From an uncultured bacterium (lineage in GTDB: Bacteria; Babelota; Babeliae; Babelales; Babelaceae): DNA of 64,000 bases. Of the stretch, positions 51,426 to 60,758 are shown in pieces (within the stretch, counting starts at the first letter, position 1; each line of letters starts with the position of its first letter). Below the pieces are notes generated by a model. The model did not search any database and was not told where the DNA came from. It worked only from the letters and a program-made list of their open reading frames with translations. Both the position numbers and the translations under genes were made by a program. The DNA lies in contig CAVRKK010000002.1 of NCBI GenBank assembly GCA_963722385.1, forward strand, positions 512,001-576,000. Direction: 5' to 3'.

Positions 51426-51472
51426 AAAGAGCCGTCTATTTTCATAAGCTGCGCTAAAAAGAACGGCTCTTT
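51426..51472. repeat. ~50-bp palindromic element, copy 1
   Basis: AAAGAGCCGT...ACGGCTCTTT; inverted homologue of 53200-53250 including the loop. Confidence 0.7.
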
Positions 51473-51763
51473 CCTCTTACACATCTTTATTGATTAAAAA
51501 TAATCCGAGCCATTCGTATTAAATCGCTACCTGCTAGAAGCAAGCCTTTAGCCATATCTAAAATGATCGGGCATGCTATCCGGGTATAATTCTGCGGTTT
51601 TTTAATATTAGTAAAAAATATGATCTTCGCCTCCCCCAAATAGCATATTTTTAAGTGCTTTATCAAGAGCAAGCATATGCGTTTTTCATGAGAATATTAA
51701 AATTATTGACTATTTATTTGATTAAATATTACTATTAGGAATAAGAAGCAATAGAGGATAAAT

Positions 51764-52996
51764 ATGAAAACGTATACTATTTTTTTAGGAGCTCTTCTGG
51801 TCACACTATCCAGCACTATTGGGGCTATGGAGCCTCCGAAAACTCCGCATAAGCCCAAACAGCCCGCTCAACAACAACTAGACCAAGCATTGATCAAAGC
51901 TATTCTCAATAACGATGTAGAACAAGCACGTGAGATTCTCGCCCAAGGCGCTAATCCGGATACGCTTGGCCCATTGAGGGTATCTAACCACCTAGAAGTG
52001 CCGGCAATTATTCTCGCCGCTTTAAGCCCAAACGGTTTAGAACTTATCGAGTTACTCGTTCATCGCGGCGCTAACATAAATACTCCCATGCCTAAGACAA
52101 TTCACTACACAACTGAGGATAATGAGCAATTCTTTATAGATAAGGGTGCCACGCCACTCTTTATTTTTATCGATTATACCCTATCAAAAGGCAAAGAAAT
52201 TACCCCTCGTATACTTGCTCAATTTATGCTCCACGGCGCCCATCTTATCCCCAGCAGTGAATGGTCGCTCAGCATAAATCCTTCCCCCCTTTTACGCTGG
52301 CTCTTTGAACACGGCTTTATAGCCACCGCTCAACGGCCAGCCCTCCTAGCTTACGATGCTTATCCTCTTCTGTTTGCTATCGCGACTCACGGTAAAGATG
52401 CCTTATCGCTTCTTCAAGAACTTCTAAAAAAAGCAGACAACGATCAACTTACACCTCATGACGTAAAGCTTATTCAAGAAGCTTTGCTCCTTGCTGTCGC
52501 ACAACACAACAACCCCATTTTCAACTTTATACTTAACCATTTCGCAAACACTGCTTACCTTCCTCAAGCCTTTACTCGTGCTGCTTTAGTAGGCAATATC
52601 CATGCCCTTGAAGCAATCTATAACACTTTGCCTAGCCAAACACGGACAAACGCATTTAATACAGCCTTAGCTTATGCGGCTGTTCAGCAACACCCGGAAG
52701 CCTTCCGCTGGATCTTGCTCACTGCTCTTGAGAATAAAATTGATATCGATCTTGCTGATGTCGAAAAAGTGCTCAGAAAACGGCTAAAGGTAATAACGCT
52801 TTCCGAGGAAGAACGGCAAGCAATCCTTGAGCTCATTGGCGATATCCACAATTTTCAATCAGCTCAACTCCTGACTCCTTATGCGCAAGGTCTAGATGTC
52901 GCCCAGATAACAAGCCAAATTCAGCGTTTACCCCCTGAACTTTTCGCTCTTGTTATGGCAGCGTTGTTGCATCCTTTTCGTGAATCAAGGGGCTAA
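51764..52996 (+). CDS. secreted ankyrin-repeat protein (single-module paralogue of 33517-35877)
   Basis: signal ending 'GAME'; GANPD, GANIN, LRWLFEHG, AFTRAALVG, ALAYA shared with the 33517 protein. Confidence 0.85.
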   Translation: MKTYTIFLGALLVTLSSTIGAMEPPKTPHKPKQPAQQQLDQALIKAILNNDVEQAREILAQGANPDTLGPLRVSNHLEVPAIILAALSPNGLELIELLVHRGANINTPMPKTIHYTTEDNEQFFIDKGATPLFIFIDYTLSKGKEITPRILAQFMLHGAHLIPSSEWSLSINPSPLLRWLFEHGFIATAQRPALLAYDAYPLLFAIATHGKDALSLLQELLKKADNDQLTPHDVKLIQEALLLAVAQHNNPIFNFILNHFANTAYLPQAFTRAALVGNIHALEAIYNTLPSQTRTNAFNTALAYAAVQQHPEAFRWILLTALENKIDIDLADVEKVLRKRLKVITLSEEERQAILELIGDIHNFQSAQLLTPYAQGLDVAQITSQIQRLPPELFALVMAALLHPFRESRG

Positions 52997-53199
52997 AAGT
53001 TAAAACACACTCATCTCCAACATGCTAATGCTAACATACACATGATTGATATGAGGATACTATTTCACGCTCAGCATGCTCTATGGCGTAACCGTCTTAA
53101 TGTTGCTCTCTGGAGCTTTAAAAAGAAAAATGTCGATCCGCCGCGATTAATGGATTGGTTGGGTACCCATTTTTTATCGCACTTTTACGTCATATTTAA

Positions 53200-53250
53200 A
53201 AAAGAGCCGTCTCTTTTTTAACGTAGCTTACGAAAAGAGACGGCTCTTTT
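53200..53250. repeat. ~50-bp palindromic element, copy 2
   Basis: AAAAGAGCCGTCTCTTTT...AAAAGAGACGGCTCTTTT. Confidence 0.7.
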
Positions 53251-53300
53251 CTTGACCTGCCATCTATTTTTCGTTACATTCTCAGAAATAGGGAGAAAAA

Positions 53301-53659
53301 ATGCAACGAACAACTACGGCATTTTTGGAAAATTGGCTTGCCTCCGCTGATCGCAAGCCCATGGTTATCCGTGGCCCACGGCAAGTGGGCAAAACGTGGC
53401 TTGTGCGCCACTTAGCACAAACCCAAGCCAAAAAGCTTATTGAAATCCTCGAAGTCAAAGCAGTCAGCACCGGCAGCTTGAAATCGTTACATCTTTTTAT
53501 GGGCTTAAGGAAATGGCCGCGAGCGGTTTCCGTATTAACTCAGCACTGCCAAGACAAAGTCATGTACAGGTAAAAGACGCCCAAGGAAATACCATTGAGT
53601 ATGCTCTTTTATCACTTCCTTTTTATTTGTTGGGCGAATTACGTCGTCTTTTGCCTTAA
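53301..53659 (+). pseudogene. internally deleted, frameshifted AAA+ ATPase (AAA_14/DUF4143 type)
   Basis: RKPMVIRGPRQVGKT joined directly to C-terminal 'EVKAVSTGSLKSLHLF'; tail 'LLSLPFYLLGEL' in another frame ending at TAA 53659. Confidence 0.75.
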
Positions 53660-53674
53660 CAACAAGAGTTGATT

Positions 53675-55042
53675 ATGAACAAACTAACCTACTTAATCCC
53701 TATTATTCTCTTCTCTTGTTTTGCAAAAGCTCTTTTGCCAAACGCAGATCAAATGGCTACTTATGAAATGGCGCTTCAGGCAATTCATTCTCACGACGTA
53801 CCTCGATTACACGAGCTTCTTAATTACCTGCCAAATATAACGACCATAAAGGACGATCAAAACAAAACGCTTATGCATCACGCAGCTGCGTCAATTCCTG
53901 CTGTTCCACCACAAGGTAGAATTGCTTTTCTCTCTATCCCGCTCATGGTGATTTCTTGTGCGGTTACTTTATTACTTAAAAACGTAGCGGGCGTACGAAA
54001 CAAGATTCTTGCGTTAGGCCTTGTTTCGTATTTTTTTTATCAAGCAACCCCAAGCTTTTTATTGGTATTTTCTGGAGATACGACGGATGAAAAATACCCA
54101 ATATACAAGCAACTGCTTAGCGAGATAGCCGCATTTACTCCATCTACAACCGATGATTTTATTGATGCTGACGACAAAACACCTATCGAATATGCTTTGC
54201 AAGCCCATTCTTTAGATGCCGTCAGACTTTTAGCCGCGACAAAGGCAGGTGGAAAATTAATTCATGCCTTACAACAGCCTTTAACTGTCCATTTTAATCA
54301 ATATGGCAACACGCCTGCGCATCAAGCTCGTTTCGTATTCTTTGGCGAGAAACACACTAATTTAGGCAATATATTGCTTAATTTTAAGGCGCTGGAAACT
54401 TTGGTTAAGCCGGAAGATCCGATTCTTCTAGAAGCCCGAGAATTTCAAGATAAAAGACTGTGCACCTCTGAAGAGCTCGCTCAACTTTTACTTCGTAATA
54501 TTCCAACATCCAAATATGACAGCAAATCGCATTCTTTGCTTGTGAGTATAATTAATCAAGCATCCTTATCATATAAAGGCACTCTATATGGTTGGGAAAA
54601 TGGAAATGCACTGTTGTTCTATACAAGCTTTTTCTTAGCCTCTATTTTTATTGGTATTGCGGTACCTGCACTTTTTTCGACGCGGACAAATTTGCTACTT
54701 TCTTCGGTGTACGTGAGTTTGCTACTAGCTTGTTTCGTTTTCGCTTTCCCGATAGCCACATGGATAGCTCAAAAAATGGGTCTTACGGATTTTGCTGACA
54801 AATGCATACTTGCTACCTTAGGCTCTTGGTTAGTAACAACGCGAAACAATGATATGATCAGCGCTCTTCAGGTCATTGATGAATCGTTACCTAATGAGAA
54901 TACCATTTTCATTATAGCAGGCTGGGGCCACTTGCCCGTAGAAAAAGACCCCAATGATTTTTCTGCTTTTTATACAAAATCGCTTAAAGATTACTTAGCA
55001 GATAAAAAACATACCATTCTCATGGATAAAAGCATCGACTAA
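53675..55042 (+). CDS. membrane protein with degenerate ankyrin-like repeats
   Basis: signal peptide, KTLMHHAA, KTPIEYAL, GNTPAH, several TM segments. Confidence 0.65.
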   Translation: MNKLTYLIPIILFSCFAKALLPNADQMATYEMALQAIHSHDVPRLHELLNYLPNITTIKDDQNKTLMHHAAASIPAVPPQGRIAFLSIPLMVISCAVTLLLKNVAGVRNKILALGLVSYFFYQATPSFLLVFSGDTTDEKYPIYKQLLSEIAAFTPSTTDDFIDADDKTPIEYALQAHSLDAVRLLAATKAGGKLIHALQQPLTVHFNQYGNTPAHQARFVFFGEKHTNLGNILLNFKALETLVKPEDPILLEAREFQDKRLCTSEELAQLLLRNIPTSKYDSKSHSLLVSIINQASLSYKGTLYGWENGNALLFYTSFFLASIFIGIAVPALFSTRTNLLLSSVYVSLLLACFVFAFPIATWIAQKMGLTDFADKCILATLGSWLVTTRNNDMISALQVIDESLPNENTIFIIAGWGHLPVEKDPNDFSAFYTKSLKDYLADKKHTILMDKSID

Positions 55043-55049
55043 TTTTTCT

Positions 55050-55628
55050 CTAAAGCTCTTCTTTATTCGTTTGCTGACCAAACTCAGCATGCTCTTCATC
55101 TCTTATTTCTTCTTTTACCTCCGGCTTCGGCAGGTAAAAATCGGCAGCAAGCAATTCATTAACCAGCAAAAAAGCAACAAGGTGTTTTGCTTTACATTCA
55201 CCATCTTTGGCAGGATTCCGCAAACACTTTTGTAACATGTTGCGAATATCTTTCTCGATAGCGCCCAAAGCTTGATCTTTTTTCTGCTGATGGAAATATG
55301 ATTCAAATAATGGCCGATACCTAACATCATGCCATGCCTGCGATGCAGTTATCGTAGCTAAAAACTGGAGAACTTCTTCCATCAGCGCCATAATTTCAGG
55401 CTCTTGAGGGGTGCCCAGAATTGCAGACATTATTTTTGATGCGATGGGTAGCGCCTTAATACCGGCTTGATATTCTTCTTCCCATTCTTCTTTTTTAATT
55501 CTAAAAGCTCTTGCAATGGTGGCCTGATTATCTTCTAAATAGCTTGCTATTTTTTCATGTACCGCAAGCGAGGCTAAAGAATAAGTAAGCAAACTGAACA
55601 ACATGCCAATCTTCAAATACTGTGCCAT
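55050..55628 (-). CDS. hypothetical secreted helical protein
   Basis: AGGAG RBS, signal peptide, acidic tail. Confidence 0.6.
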   Translation of the reverse strand: MAQYLKIGMLFSLLTYSLASLAVHEKIASYLEDNQATIARAFRIKKEEWEEEYQAGIKALPIASKIMSAILGTPQEPEIMALMEEVLQFLATITASQAWHDVRYRPLFESYFHQQKKDQALGAIEKDIRNMLQKCLRNPAKDGECKAKHLVAFLLVNELLAADFYLPKPEVKEEIRDEEHAEFGQQTNKEEL

Positions 55629-55648
55629 AAAAAAGCTCCTCTATCGAT

Positions 55649-56305
55649 CTATAGTTCACTTTTAAGCTGAGACTGCTCTTCTTGTTCCAACTGGTCAAAA
55701 GTTTTGTCAAGAAGCTCATAACTTTGCCAATCTTCATCATCAAAATGCCACCATTCAGTTGGTAGCGGAATAAAGCCATGCTTAACCATAATAAGCTCAA
55801 GAAGCTTACAATTACGACCAGCTGGAGGCAACATGCTCGCATATGCTCGATGTGCTTTTTCGGTGAATTCATCAAATCCGGAAGGCATGCTCAGCTCATT
55901 GCCTGTTGCAAGCTCAATAAGCGTTACATCGACCGCCGAGCCACGATTGTGCTTAGAACCCTCAGCAGGATCGGCGACATAACGCGGGTCAGGGCAGATC
56001 TCCCAAAACTTTTCTTGGACTGAAAGCGGGCGATAGCCATCAAATATTTTAAGACCAAGACCAAGCTCTTGAAGTTCCTGCTGCACCTTATTCAATTTTT
56101 CTGCAGTTCCACGACGCAGATAACAACGACTGCTTAGGTAGACTACTTTGCCGGTAAAATTATTTGTTGTTGCATAGCGTATATCTAAACGAATGTTCGG
56201 ATTAATGTTCGCGATATCGACTAAATCTTGAGGGTTTGGTTGGATACTGCCCTCGGCCAATGACGCTCCGAGCAGACCTAAGACAAACAATAGAGCGTAA
56301 ATCAT
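55649..56305 (-). CDS. ddpX: D-alanyl-D-alanine dipeptidase (VanX/DdpX, M15D) with signal peptide
   Basis: DIRYATTNNFTG, FDGYRP, SKHNRGSAVD (SxHxxGxAxD), EWWHF. Confidence 0.9.
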   Translation of the reverse strand: MIYALLFVLGLLGASLAEGSIQPNPQDLVDIANINPNIRLDIRYATTNNFTGKVVYLSSRCYLRRGTAEKLNKVQQELQELGLGLKIFDGYRPLSVQEKFWEICPDPRYVADPAEGSKHNRGSAVDVTLIELATGNELSMPSGFDEFTEKAHRAYASMLPPAGRNCKLLELIMVKHGFIPLPTEWWHFDDEDWQSYELLDKTFDQLEQEEQSQLKSEL

Positions 56306-56400
56306 AGCCGGTGCTCCTTAGTATATGATATTATCATGCGGAACATAATAACTCAAAAGAAGCTGCTTGTCTAGAAGCTTTAGGTATAAGGACAGAGAAG

Positions 56401-56937
56401 ATGAGGCTTTTTATTGCAGCTGACATACCGCCCACCGTTGGGGAGTATTTACGGCATATACAAGAAAAGTTGCTTGCCGGTCGCTTTTTCGAAGGGACAT
56501 TTACACGCCCAGAAAATTTTCATATAACGCTTCTTTTTTTGGGCGAATGCCCCGAAGACAAAATTCCCCTTATTATTGAGCGTATACATTTCTTGCGTGA
56601 GCAGTCTGTATGCACTCTGCAATTAACAGCGCTGGAGGTTAACCAACAAGGATCTCCCTCTATTATATGGGCTCGTGTGCTGTCCCCCGATATCGAGGCA
56701 CTCGCTGCTCTCCTGCGCAAAGGGCTCGCCTTGCCAGAAGATACCAAATTTATCCCCCATATAACCCTTGCCCGCGTCAAAACGCTGACTTCTCAGCATG
56801 CTTTTTTCGAATTTTTAGAAAATAACCCTCTTAACTCAGACCCATTTTGTCTTAAAGACATCAAGCTCAAGCAATCTATTCTGACACAAGAAGGCCCCAT
56901 CTACCATGATCTCTATACCTGCCTGCTAAAAAGCTAA
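56401..56937 (+). CDS. thpR: RNA 2',3'-cyclic phosphodiesterase (2H phosphoesterase)
   Basis: MRLFIA, two HITL motifs, GPIY. Confidence 0.88.
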   Translation: MRLFIAADIPPTVGEYLRHIQEKLLAGRFFEGTFTRPENFHITLLFLGECPEDKIPLIIERIHFLREQSVCTLQLTALEVNQQGSPSIIWARVLSPDIEALAALLRKGLALPEDTKFIPHITLARVKTLTSQHAFFEFLENNPLNSDPFCLKDIKLKQSILTQEGPIYHDLYTCLLKS

Positions 56938-57465
56938 TCAGGTACGTACCGGATTTGGCTCAACATCATCAGTGCCAGCGTTAAGAATAGTGGTTGGCAG
57001 CGGTCCCATGGGGCCCGTTATGACACCATTTGACCTTTGTGGCGCTATAGCACCTGAGGTCGGATTCCAGCAACGAGCCTTACAGTAATTTGGCTCAAAG
57101 GGTACTGGCCCAATCGTGCGCGGCGTTGCTTGACGCGTCTTGCCGGTAAAACCAAGCACGACACAGCCAGGACTGCCATTACGCCCCCGAATCAACAAGG
57201 TATCAAATATCGGATTCATGTAGATTCCGTAAAATTTCGAACAGGTGCCATTAGGTGAATATACCGTCATATTTTGCGGATGATTGCTGAAAAAATATGC
57301 ATTTCTTCTTGTTAAGTCACCAACATATTCTTGCACCGGCGTGCTCATTTGTATCCTGACATTGTGCGGTGCTTGATTGATAATATGAAGCCCTTGCCCA
57401 TTAAGCTGCCTAGAGGTGCTCACGCAGAGCAGAATTGTGAAAAAAAAATAGCAAAACGATTTCAT
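56938..57465 (-). CDS. hypothetical secreted protein
   Basis: AGGGAG RBS, signal-like N-terminus, several Cys. Confidence 0.6.
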   Translation of the reverse strand: MKSFCYFFFTILLCVSTSRQLNGQGLHIINQAPHNVRIQMSTPVQEYVGDLTRRNAYFFSNHPQNMTVYSPNGTCSKFYGIYMNPIFDTLLIRGRNGSPGCVVLGFTGKTRQATPRTIGPVPFEPNYCKARCWNPTSGAIAPQRSNGVITGPMGPLPTTILNAGTDDVEPNPVRT

Positions 57466-57606
57466 CCAATTACTCCCTTTTATTGCTTGTAATTTATATT
57501 AGTAATATTATAGCGATATCAAGCAAAAAAACGCAAGGATTCTTGCAAATCTCATCATCCAGGCGGTATACTCCCTCAAGAATAATATGGCAGCCGAAGG
57601 GAATTT

Positions 57607-58626
57607 ATGAAATTTAGTGAAATTACGCAACGAGTCATCTTAGTGCTTGCTGCATGCAGTGCCCAGGGGCGTTTCCAGCATGACGCTGACAGCTCTTATT
57701 ATGAAAATTTTGCCATTAAGAACAAACTCGATACAGCGGTCGTTATTATTGGCTTTAATCGACCCCACTACTTTAAGGAAGTGATCGCCGCTCTTGCAGC
57801 AAATCCTGAATCAAAGAAGCTTCCCTTTTTTTTCATTTTAGATGGTGGCCCCAAGGCGCGGCAGCAGGAATATATTGCTCTCATTAACGCGGCTAAGATC
57901 AAGCGTAGCTATATTATCAAACGCAAAGTTAATTTCGGGCTCCACCGCAACATTATCTCTGCGCTGCGCTTTATTTTTGATAAATGCAAGTTCAATCGTA
58001 TTATTCACTTTGAAGATGACGTTAAGGTTACTCCCGAGTACCTGGGGCTTGTTTTGAATCTGGACAACTGGGCCCACGGCCGTTACGGCAATATTGGGGC
58101 CGTGCAAGCGTTTCGTCCTTCTCATATGACGCTTGAGGAAAAAAAAGGCAAGCTCGCCTTAATAGGTGAAACAGCAGGACTCTTGCTTGGTTATTGTTTG
58201 CGTAGGAGCGTTTGGGATGATATCAAAGATATCGTCTACGAATATGAACAGAAATTTCTCGTGGGTTGTAATTGTAATAAAGATGGCCAAGCAATAAAAG
58301 ATTGGATGCAAGAAAGGCTTGATCAAGGGCGGCGCCTCAAGGAAATTCCCTTGGGCTTACAGCGTTGGGATATTCCGCTCGATATTTATTATAGCAAGAT
58401 ACCTGAAATGGGCACCGGCCAGTGTGGCGTCATGACGATGAGCTTTTTCCTTAAAGGTTACTCGCGACTTACTACCCTGGTTAATCGCGCTATAACAATC
58501 GGTCAAAAAGGAACTTATTACACGCCCGAGCTCTATCAAAGTCACTTTGCCGATGTTACCCTTGATCGCTTTGTACACGATAGGAATCGCAAGATCTTTG
58601 AGCCATATGGTCAGTTTGTTTATTAG
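57607..58626 (+). CDS. GT-A fold glycosyltransferase with signal peptide
   Basis: IIGFNRPHY, ILDG, NFGLHRNI, HFEDD, IGQKG. Confidence 0.75.
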   Translation: MKFSEITQRVILVLAACSAQGRFQHDADSSYYENFAIKNKLDTAVVIIGFNRPHYFKEVIAALAANPESKKLPFFFILDGGPKARQQEYIALINAAKIKRSYIIKRKVNFGLHRNIISALRFIFDKCKFNRIIHFEDDVKVTPEYLGLVLNLDNWAHGRYGNIGAVQAFRPSHMTLEEKKGKLALIGETAGLLLGYCLRRSVWDDIKDIVYEYEQKFLVGCNCNKDGQAIKDWMQERLDQGRRLKEIPLGLQRWDIPLDIYYSKIPEMGTGQCGVMTMSFFLKGYSRLTTLVNRAITIGQKGTYYTPELYQSHFADVTLDRFVHDRNRKIFEPYGQFVY

Positions 58627-58643
58627 CAAGATGAGAAGATTAT

Positions 58644-58720
<77 letters not shown>

Positions 58721-58782
58721 ATCATTATACTTATTCTATCTTCTTTTTTTAACTTGTCAATAAGAAAATATCGTTCGAGAAA

Positions 58783-59175
58783 TTACGGCTCGCTCGAACA
58801 ATCATAAAGAAGCACATGGGCTATGGCTATTGTTTGTGCATGAGTTAAGCTCACTGTGCTTTCAATCGGGCAAAGCCGAAGAGCACCCCACGCAACAACC
58901 AAGGTGGGATGACCGGCCTTGGTGGCAACCTGGACATGCCGTATTACCGTCAAAAAAGGCGGCAGCTCTGTCGTATGCAAAGGGAAGAGCGCTTTATAAA
59001 AAGCCTCCTTGGCGGCAAAGCGCACCGCAAACCGCTCCGCACTTTTGAGTGGGTTAGCTAAGCAATAGGCAAGCTCGTCGTGACCAAATATACGCAAAAG
59101 CCTTGCTGCCCTGTACTCATGCCAATGGGCGAACCTTTTAATATCAACAGCATCTATTCCGCTACTAAACTTCAT
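58783..59175 (-). CDS. acpS: holo-[acyl-carrier-protein] synthase
   Basis: GIDAVDIKRF, RFAAKEAFYKA, VSLTH. Confidence 0.88.
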   Translation of the reverse strand: MKFSSGIDAVDIKRFAHWHEYRAARLLRIFGHDELAYCLANPLKSAERFAVRFAAKEAFYKALFPLHTTELPPFLTVIRHVQVATKAGHPTLVVAWGALRLCPIESTVSLTHAQTIAIAHVLLYDCSSEP

Positions 59176-60722
59176 AAGCGCTTCTGCTCTTTGCTTTGAT
59201 CAAGTGAACGGTAGGCAAGCGCCTCGTAAAGATGCTTGGCCTCAATATTATCATTGTCCTCAAGGTCAGCGATCGTGCGCGCAATCTTTATGAGCTTATG
59301 GTAGCCGCGCATGCTTAAGTTGAGCCGATCAAATGATTTTTTTATAATGTCTTGTCCCTGGGAGTTCAACACACAATGCATATCAAGCAGGTCAGGGCTC
59401 ATCGTGGCATTCCACCTATTCGTATCGCCAAAGCGCCTTTTTTGGCGAGCTACCGCTTTTTCAACATCCGCATAGAGCTCTGCTGACGACATATCGTGAG
59501 AACGCGCGCTCAATGCTTCATAATCAACGGAGCCAACGGTAACTTGGAGGTCTATACGATCAAGCAATGGCCCCGAGAGCTTTTGCACGTAATTGGCAAC
59601 ATGCTGGGTCGAGCACGTGCACGCTTTGCGCTTATCGCCAAAATACCCGCAAGGGCAGGGGTTAAAAGCACATATCAATAAGAAAGATGCGGGAAACGTT
59701 ATCGTCTGTTGAGCGCGCGCAATCGATACCGACTTTGCCTCTAATGGCTGTCGCAAAGCCTCTAAGGTTGTCTTTTTAAATTCAGTAAGCTCATCCAAAA
59801 AAAGAATCCCATTATGAGCCAAGCTAATCTCGCCTGGCTGAGGAAAAGACCCACCACCAACGAGGCCTGCCTGGCTAATAGTATGATGGGGGCTTCTAAA
59901 CGGTCGATGTAACGCAAGACCCTTGGTATTAAGCTTGCCAGACACTGAATAGATCTTAGTAGTTTCAAGAACTTCATCGAATGATAGAGCAGGCATGATC
60001 GTAGGCAACCGCTGGGCAAGCATACTTTTGCCTGAGCCGGGTGGCCCTACAAATACCACGTTGTGTCTTCCGGCTGCAGCAATTTGTAATGCACGCTTGG
60101 CCTGGTATTGTCCTTTAACCTGATTGAAATCAATATCCCAAGCGGGTCGTTGTAATGCTTGGGTCCGCAACCCGAGAACCGTTGGCGCCATCGCAGCTTC
60201 ATTACGCAAATAAGCTATGAGCTCAGTAAGATGGCGGACAGCGAGCACTTCTACACCCGCACGCAAAGCCGCTTCTTCGGCATTATCTACAGGTACAACA
60301 AGCCTCTTTTTGCCCATAAGCGCCGCGTCACAAGCAATCGGCAAAACTCCCTTGACCGATTTAATGGTGCCATCAAGCGAAAGCTCGCCAATAAAAATTG
60401 TTTCATCAAGAAATTCTTTGGTTGTCCCAAAAAGATTAGCCGCATGTAAAATGCCTAATGCGATGGGCAAGTCAAAAAGCGTGCCCTCTTTTTTAAGGTC
60501 TGCTGGCGCTAGGTTAACAGTGATCTTGCGCTCAGGGAGCTTAATGCCGCAATTTTTAAGCGCTGTCAGAATACGCTGCTTGCTCTCTTTAATCGCGGCA
60601 TCAGGCAGTCCAACAATAAAAAATTGCAAAAGCCCGAGCGACAAATCAACTTCTACATCGACTAAAAAGGCATCAATGCCGATCGTTGTTGCTGACACTA
60701 TCTTTGTATGCATAATCCGCAC
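59172..60722 (-). CDS. comM: YifB/ComM family Mg-chelatase-like AAA+ ATPase
   Basis: VGLPDAAIKES, NLAPADLKKEG, GPPGSGKS, RSPHHT, PGEISLAHNGILFLDE, NPCPCG, ARTIADL. Confidence 0.92.
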   Translation of the reverse strand: MRIMHTKIVSATTIGIDAFLVDVEVDLSLGLLQFFIVGLPDAAIKESKQRILTALKNCGIKLPERKITVNLAPADLKKEGTLFDLPIALGILHAANLFGTTKEFLDETIFIGELSLDGTIKSVKGVLPIACDAALMGKKRLVVPVDNAEEAALRAGVEVLAVRHLTELIAYLRNEAAMAPTVLGLRTQALQRPAWDIDFNQVKGQYQAKRALQIAAAGRHNVVFVGPPGSGKSMLAQRLPTIMPALSFDEVLETTKIYSVSGKLNTKGLALHRPFRSPHHTISQAGLVGGGSFPQPGEISLAHNGILFLDELTEFKKTTLEALRQPLEAKSVSIARAQQTITFPASFLLICAFNPCPCGYFGDKRKACTCSTQHVANYVQKLSGPLLDRIDLQVTVGSVDYEALSARSHDMSSAELYADVEKAVARQKRRFGDTNRWNATMSPDLLDMHCVLNSQGQDIIKKSFDRLNLSMRGYHKLIKIARTIADLEDNDNIEAKHLYEALAYRSLDQSKEQKRL

Positions 60723-60758
60723 AGTTGCTCATGATTGACCAAGCAATGATAGCAGGTC

